Notes under the pieces: model-generated | The model's database searches: none | What the model was told of the DNA's origin: nothing | What the model saw: the letters and a program-made list of their open reading frames with translations, nothing else | Translations under genes and position numbers: made by a program | Shown here: positions 60,977 through 64,000 of the stretch, in pieces | How the letters are laid out: each line of letters begins with the position of its first letter | Position numbering within the stretch: position 1 is the stretch's first letter | Assembly: GCA_002104905.1 (NCBI GenBank) | Contig: MCFE01000183.1 | Span: 62,001 to 126,000, forward strand | From: Basidiobolus meristosporus CBS 931.73 | Lineage: Eukaryota > Fungi > Basidiobolomycota | Direction: 5' to 3' | DNA length: 64,000 bases

Positions 60977-62425
60977 CTAGTGCAAGGGAATGCTTCGGGC
61001 AAATTGGAAAACATTTTTGGGATCGTATTTGTTCTTGATATGAACTAGTCTATCGAAGTTATCCCCATAGTAGATCTTCTTCCAGTCCTTTTCGTCGTTG
61101 TCAACGTAGTTTTGGTAGCCTTGGGGGAAGTCTGGATGAAGCGTATTATAAATTTCATGAAGCCAAGGAAGACGTGTAGCATTGAAGACTCCGATTTGGA
61201 TGCTAGAAATGGTATTGCGGTGGACAAAGGAGGTGGCATGGGTCGAGTGTCTGCCAACTTGCCCTCCTTGCATATCAAACATGATGAAGGCCTGATTGTC
61301 AACCGATTTCATAATGTCATAGACTTTGTCGGCCACTTCTTTGGTCACCGGCTTCACCAAATAACCTGATTTAGCCTTGAAATAGCTCTTGACTGATCTC
61401 CGTTGGGTTTTGGCCAAATCATCAACCGCCATATGGGGTCCGTTGGTAGCAAAATATAGGAACGATTCGGGTAAAGTCATCTTTTGGTTAGTAATCAGCG
61501 AGGTCTTGGGGAGTTTCTCGATAATTTCTTGGAACAATTGTTTTTGCTTCGTTGGATTGCCTGTTAAGATGGTTCCCGATACTCGAATTGCTCCGCCAGG
61601 TAAGATATGGAAAATTCCAGTAACTTCCCTGGGTGGGTTACTAGCAAACCATTCTTGAACCCCAATAAGCACGTCACTGAAGTTCCCTGCGCTAGTAGGA
61701 TACGTGAGTGAGAAGACTGGGAACTTGTTAGGTGCGTGGAAATAACGGAATTGGAACTTTGTCACAATGCCGTACGAGCTATGGCCTGCACCCAATAGAG
61801 CCCAGAACAAGTCTTTGTTCTTCTTTTTACTAGCAACAACAACATCCCCGGTAGCGGTAACCACCTCCATGGACTCTACTCTATCCAGCATTAGTCCATG
61901 AAGACGACTGTACAAACCATAGCCACCACCTAGGGTATGCCCACCAACTCCGATCTCTGGCTCGCTACCATGTGGGAGACCCACATTACGCTCTTTCCAC
62001 AAGAAGTGCAAGAGCCTGCCTACCAATTGGCCAGCCTCAACCGAAACAGTACGATTGTTATCATCGAATTTGGTTTCGTGCATGTTGACCAAATCAACGA
62101 CCATCTTGCCATCTTCACCTCCAAGTCCATAGCCCTCATAATCATGACCGCCGCTGCGAGCGACCACCTTCAGGTTGGTTTTGCTGGCACATCTCACTGC
62201 AAGCGCTACATCGTGAGTGCTTGTAGGGCGTACGATAACGGCTGGAGAAACCTCGGAGAGTCTGTCATTCCAGTTGAATCTTGCCTGGTCGTATCCGGTG
62301 TGTCCAGGAAGGAATACCTTATGGTGAATCTTATGCAAGCATCGGGCAATATCAGCGGAAAGTAGCGATGTGGCCAGACTGCCGGAAGCGGAGAGAAAAA
62401 GGAGCAAAGCGCTAGCTGCTTTCAT
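60977..62425 (-). CDS. Secreted FAD-linked oxidoreductase, berberine-bridge-enzyme/AA7-like, intronless, 482 aa
   Basis: First ATG at 62425 (MKAASALLLFL...); P.VIVRP, ARSGGHDYEG, IGVGGHTLGGGYG, DLFWALLGAG, C-terminal YQNYVD...YYGDNFDRLVHIKNKYDPKNVF. Confidence 0.92.
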   Translation of the reverse strand: MKAASALLLFLSASGSLATSLLSADIARCLHKIHHKVFLPGHTGYDQARFNWNDRLSEVSPAVIVRPTSTHDVALAVRCASKTNLKVVARSGGHDYEGYGLGGEDGKMVVDLVNMHETKFDDNNRTVSVEAGQLVGRLLHFLWKERNVGLPHGSEPEIGVGGHTLGGGYGLYSRLHGLMLDRVESMEVVTATGDVVVASKKKNKDLFWALLGAGHSSYGIVTKFQFRYFHAPNKFPVFSLTYPTSAGNFSDVLIGVQEWFASNPPREVTGIFHILPGGAIRVSGTILTGNPTKQKQLFQEIIEKLPKTSLITNQKMTLPESFLYFATNGPHMAVDDLAKTQRRSVKSYFKAKSGYLVKPVTKEVADKVYDIMKSVDNQAFIMFDMQGGQVGRHSTHATSFVHRNTISSIQIGVFNATRLPWLHEIYNTLHPDFPQGYQNYVDNDEKDWKKIYYGDNFDRLVHIKNKYDPKNVFQFARSIPLH

Positions 62426-64000
62426 GTTGAATTCAGAGTCAGATCGGCTTGATGACTTGTCTTCATACCAGCCGCTCAAGCCGCCGCTTTTATATGCAAC
62501 ATGGACTTGGAAGGGTATTAGGAAAGCTTTACCGATACTGTAGAGCAGTATCTTCCACCCTCCCCCAAATCAAAGAATATTACCATAAAAGGTATACAGA
62601 AGTACATAGTTACCAGGATCGCCATCACAAATCTCCGACTACCAAACATCTACAAGAGATCGTGCCAAATGGGGTGGTTGGCGTATGCCAAAATTTACCA
62701 CGCTTTCCACACCATATCGCTCCGACAGTGACCATTCTCATACCTATAAAGTACTGTTGACCAGGCTGGGAGAAGCCGATTTCTATTTGTCGTGGGTAGA
62801 AAAAGATGTCATCTAGAACTGGGCAACTTCCGAATTAGCTCCTATACAGAAGAGAACAGGTTCATATATTGGGCTCTAGCCTGGACCATTCTATTATTGC
62901 TAAGGAAGTTACGGGTCGCTTGGTTGAAAGTTCCGGTTGAATCGGGTGCAGTAAAAACTTTGAAACTTTTCGCATTGCTCAAAGAGTGCTAAAGGTTGCG
63001 TGGTTATCTGTTGTTATCCCGACCAACATAAACTGCTTTTTACTGCTGACCTTGATATTTATCATGTCAGATCGAGTTACCCTGCAGGAACATAGCATAA
63101 CAAATATTTGTTATCCGTGAGTACCTTTTACAAATCTTAATGTGGGAGAGCATGCAATGACTCTCAGGCGGCTATTTTCGGGGTTATGGACTGAGATTAT
63201 TTGGCAGTGAATAGCACAAAACCAAACCCGGCAAAATGAAGCATGGTCGCTTTTACCATATTTATCAGCGCAGTAAGATCAGGCGTATACCAAATTTATT
63301 ACACGCGCTCAAGTAGCATACCTTGAAAATATGGCTACTTGTATTGCATTGGCAAAATAGGCAGTTGAATTTGGGCTCTTCTTAGACGCCTTAAATCCCG
63401 ACCTCTCCTTGTGATTAGTAGCTAGCGCTGACAAATATGTTATTATTCTGAGGATAGTAACCTCTATGAAAAATAACCATGATGATCCCATCAAAAGACT
63501 GTCACAAAACTTAAATCCTGCAACTAAGCAGTATTGATGCCATTGTGATACCATGCAAAGAGCATTAAAAAGTTGCACCTCAGATTTCTCAAAAACTTGG
63601 TCAAAATCTTTCATCACAACAATCCATAAGTTACTGTTGTTTGGTTCTCTGCCAATTCTCTCACTTTCTGATCATGGGCACTCAATCACCTCCTACATTT
63701 GTGTACATTCATTGGCTATTGCCTCTTTTTCACACTTCTTACTTCCTGACTCAACCAATGCTCTTACTTTTCATGCATACAAATTGGTTTATTTCTGTTA
63801 TATCTTCCATTGTAACTCAATTACCAGCTGTACTGACCCATGTAAGTCCCTATACCAATGTTAACATTAAGCCTAACCTTGCACTCTATGAGTAATTCCA
63901 TTAAAATCCTCCATTCAATAAGTGTTTCTGCTGCCCAGCAACTATATGCGGGTGGCTGAACCAGAATCCGCAGAAGACAACCATCATCAAGGAGTGAGGT

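Noticed and set aside
63300-64000. CpG-poor stretch with fragmentary ORFs, possibly TE-derived
   Set aside because: No diagnostic motif or terminal repeat found, and truncated by the window end.

Overview
Eukaryotic fungal genomic DNA. Short GT-AG introns with CTAAC-like branch points and the gene repertoire point to an early-diverging lineage such as Zoopagomycota or Mucoromycota (inference). The window has three zones. (1) 1-19.0 kb is a CpG-depleted transposon nest: CACTA and probable MULE remnants, a 1052-bp solo LTR, a 734-bp foldback element, and at least four nested Ty1/copia elements with 349-bp LTRs and a Ty5/copia-type half-tRNA primer site. One of these is a recombinant element produced by a 4721-bp tandem duplication. 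(2) 20.2-45.3 kb is a dense block of CpG-rich, mostly intron-containing genes: PHD-finger protein, DCN1, RPS5, a division-2 chitin synthase carrying about 6 N-terminal ankyrin repeats, a Pho85-type cyclin, PEX10, MRPL34, an AA12-like PQQ dehydrogenase, an intronless division-1 chitin synthase, a second Pho85-type cyclin, and VID27. (3) 45.9-64 kb is accessory-type sequence: SDR and HSP70 pseudogenes, AA11 LPMO-CBM5/12, a two-exon orphan secreted protein, copia/LTR debris, a TRI101-like acetyltransferase and a BBE/AA7-like FAD oxidase. The most notable observations are the ankyrin-chitin synthase fusion, the twice-repeated head-to-head chitin synthase/Pcl-cyclin arrangement, and copia ends joined at an identical nucleotide inside LTRs of their own family. 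All coordinates and alignments were read by eye. No tRNA, rRNA or CRISPR array was seen.
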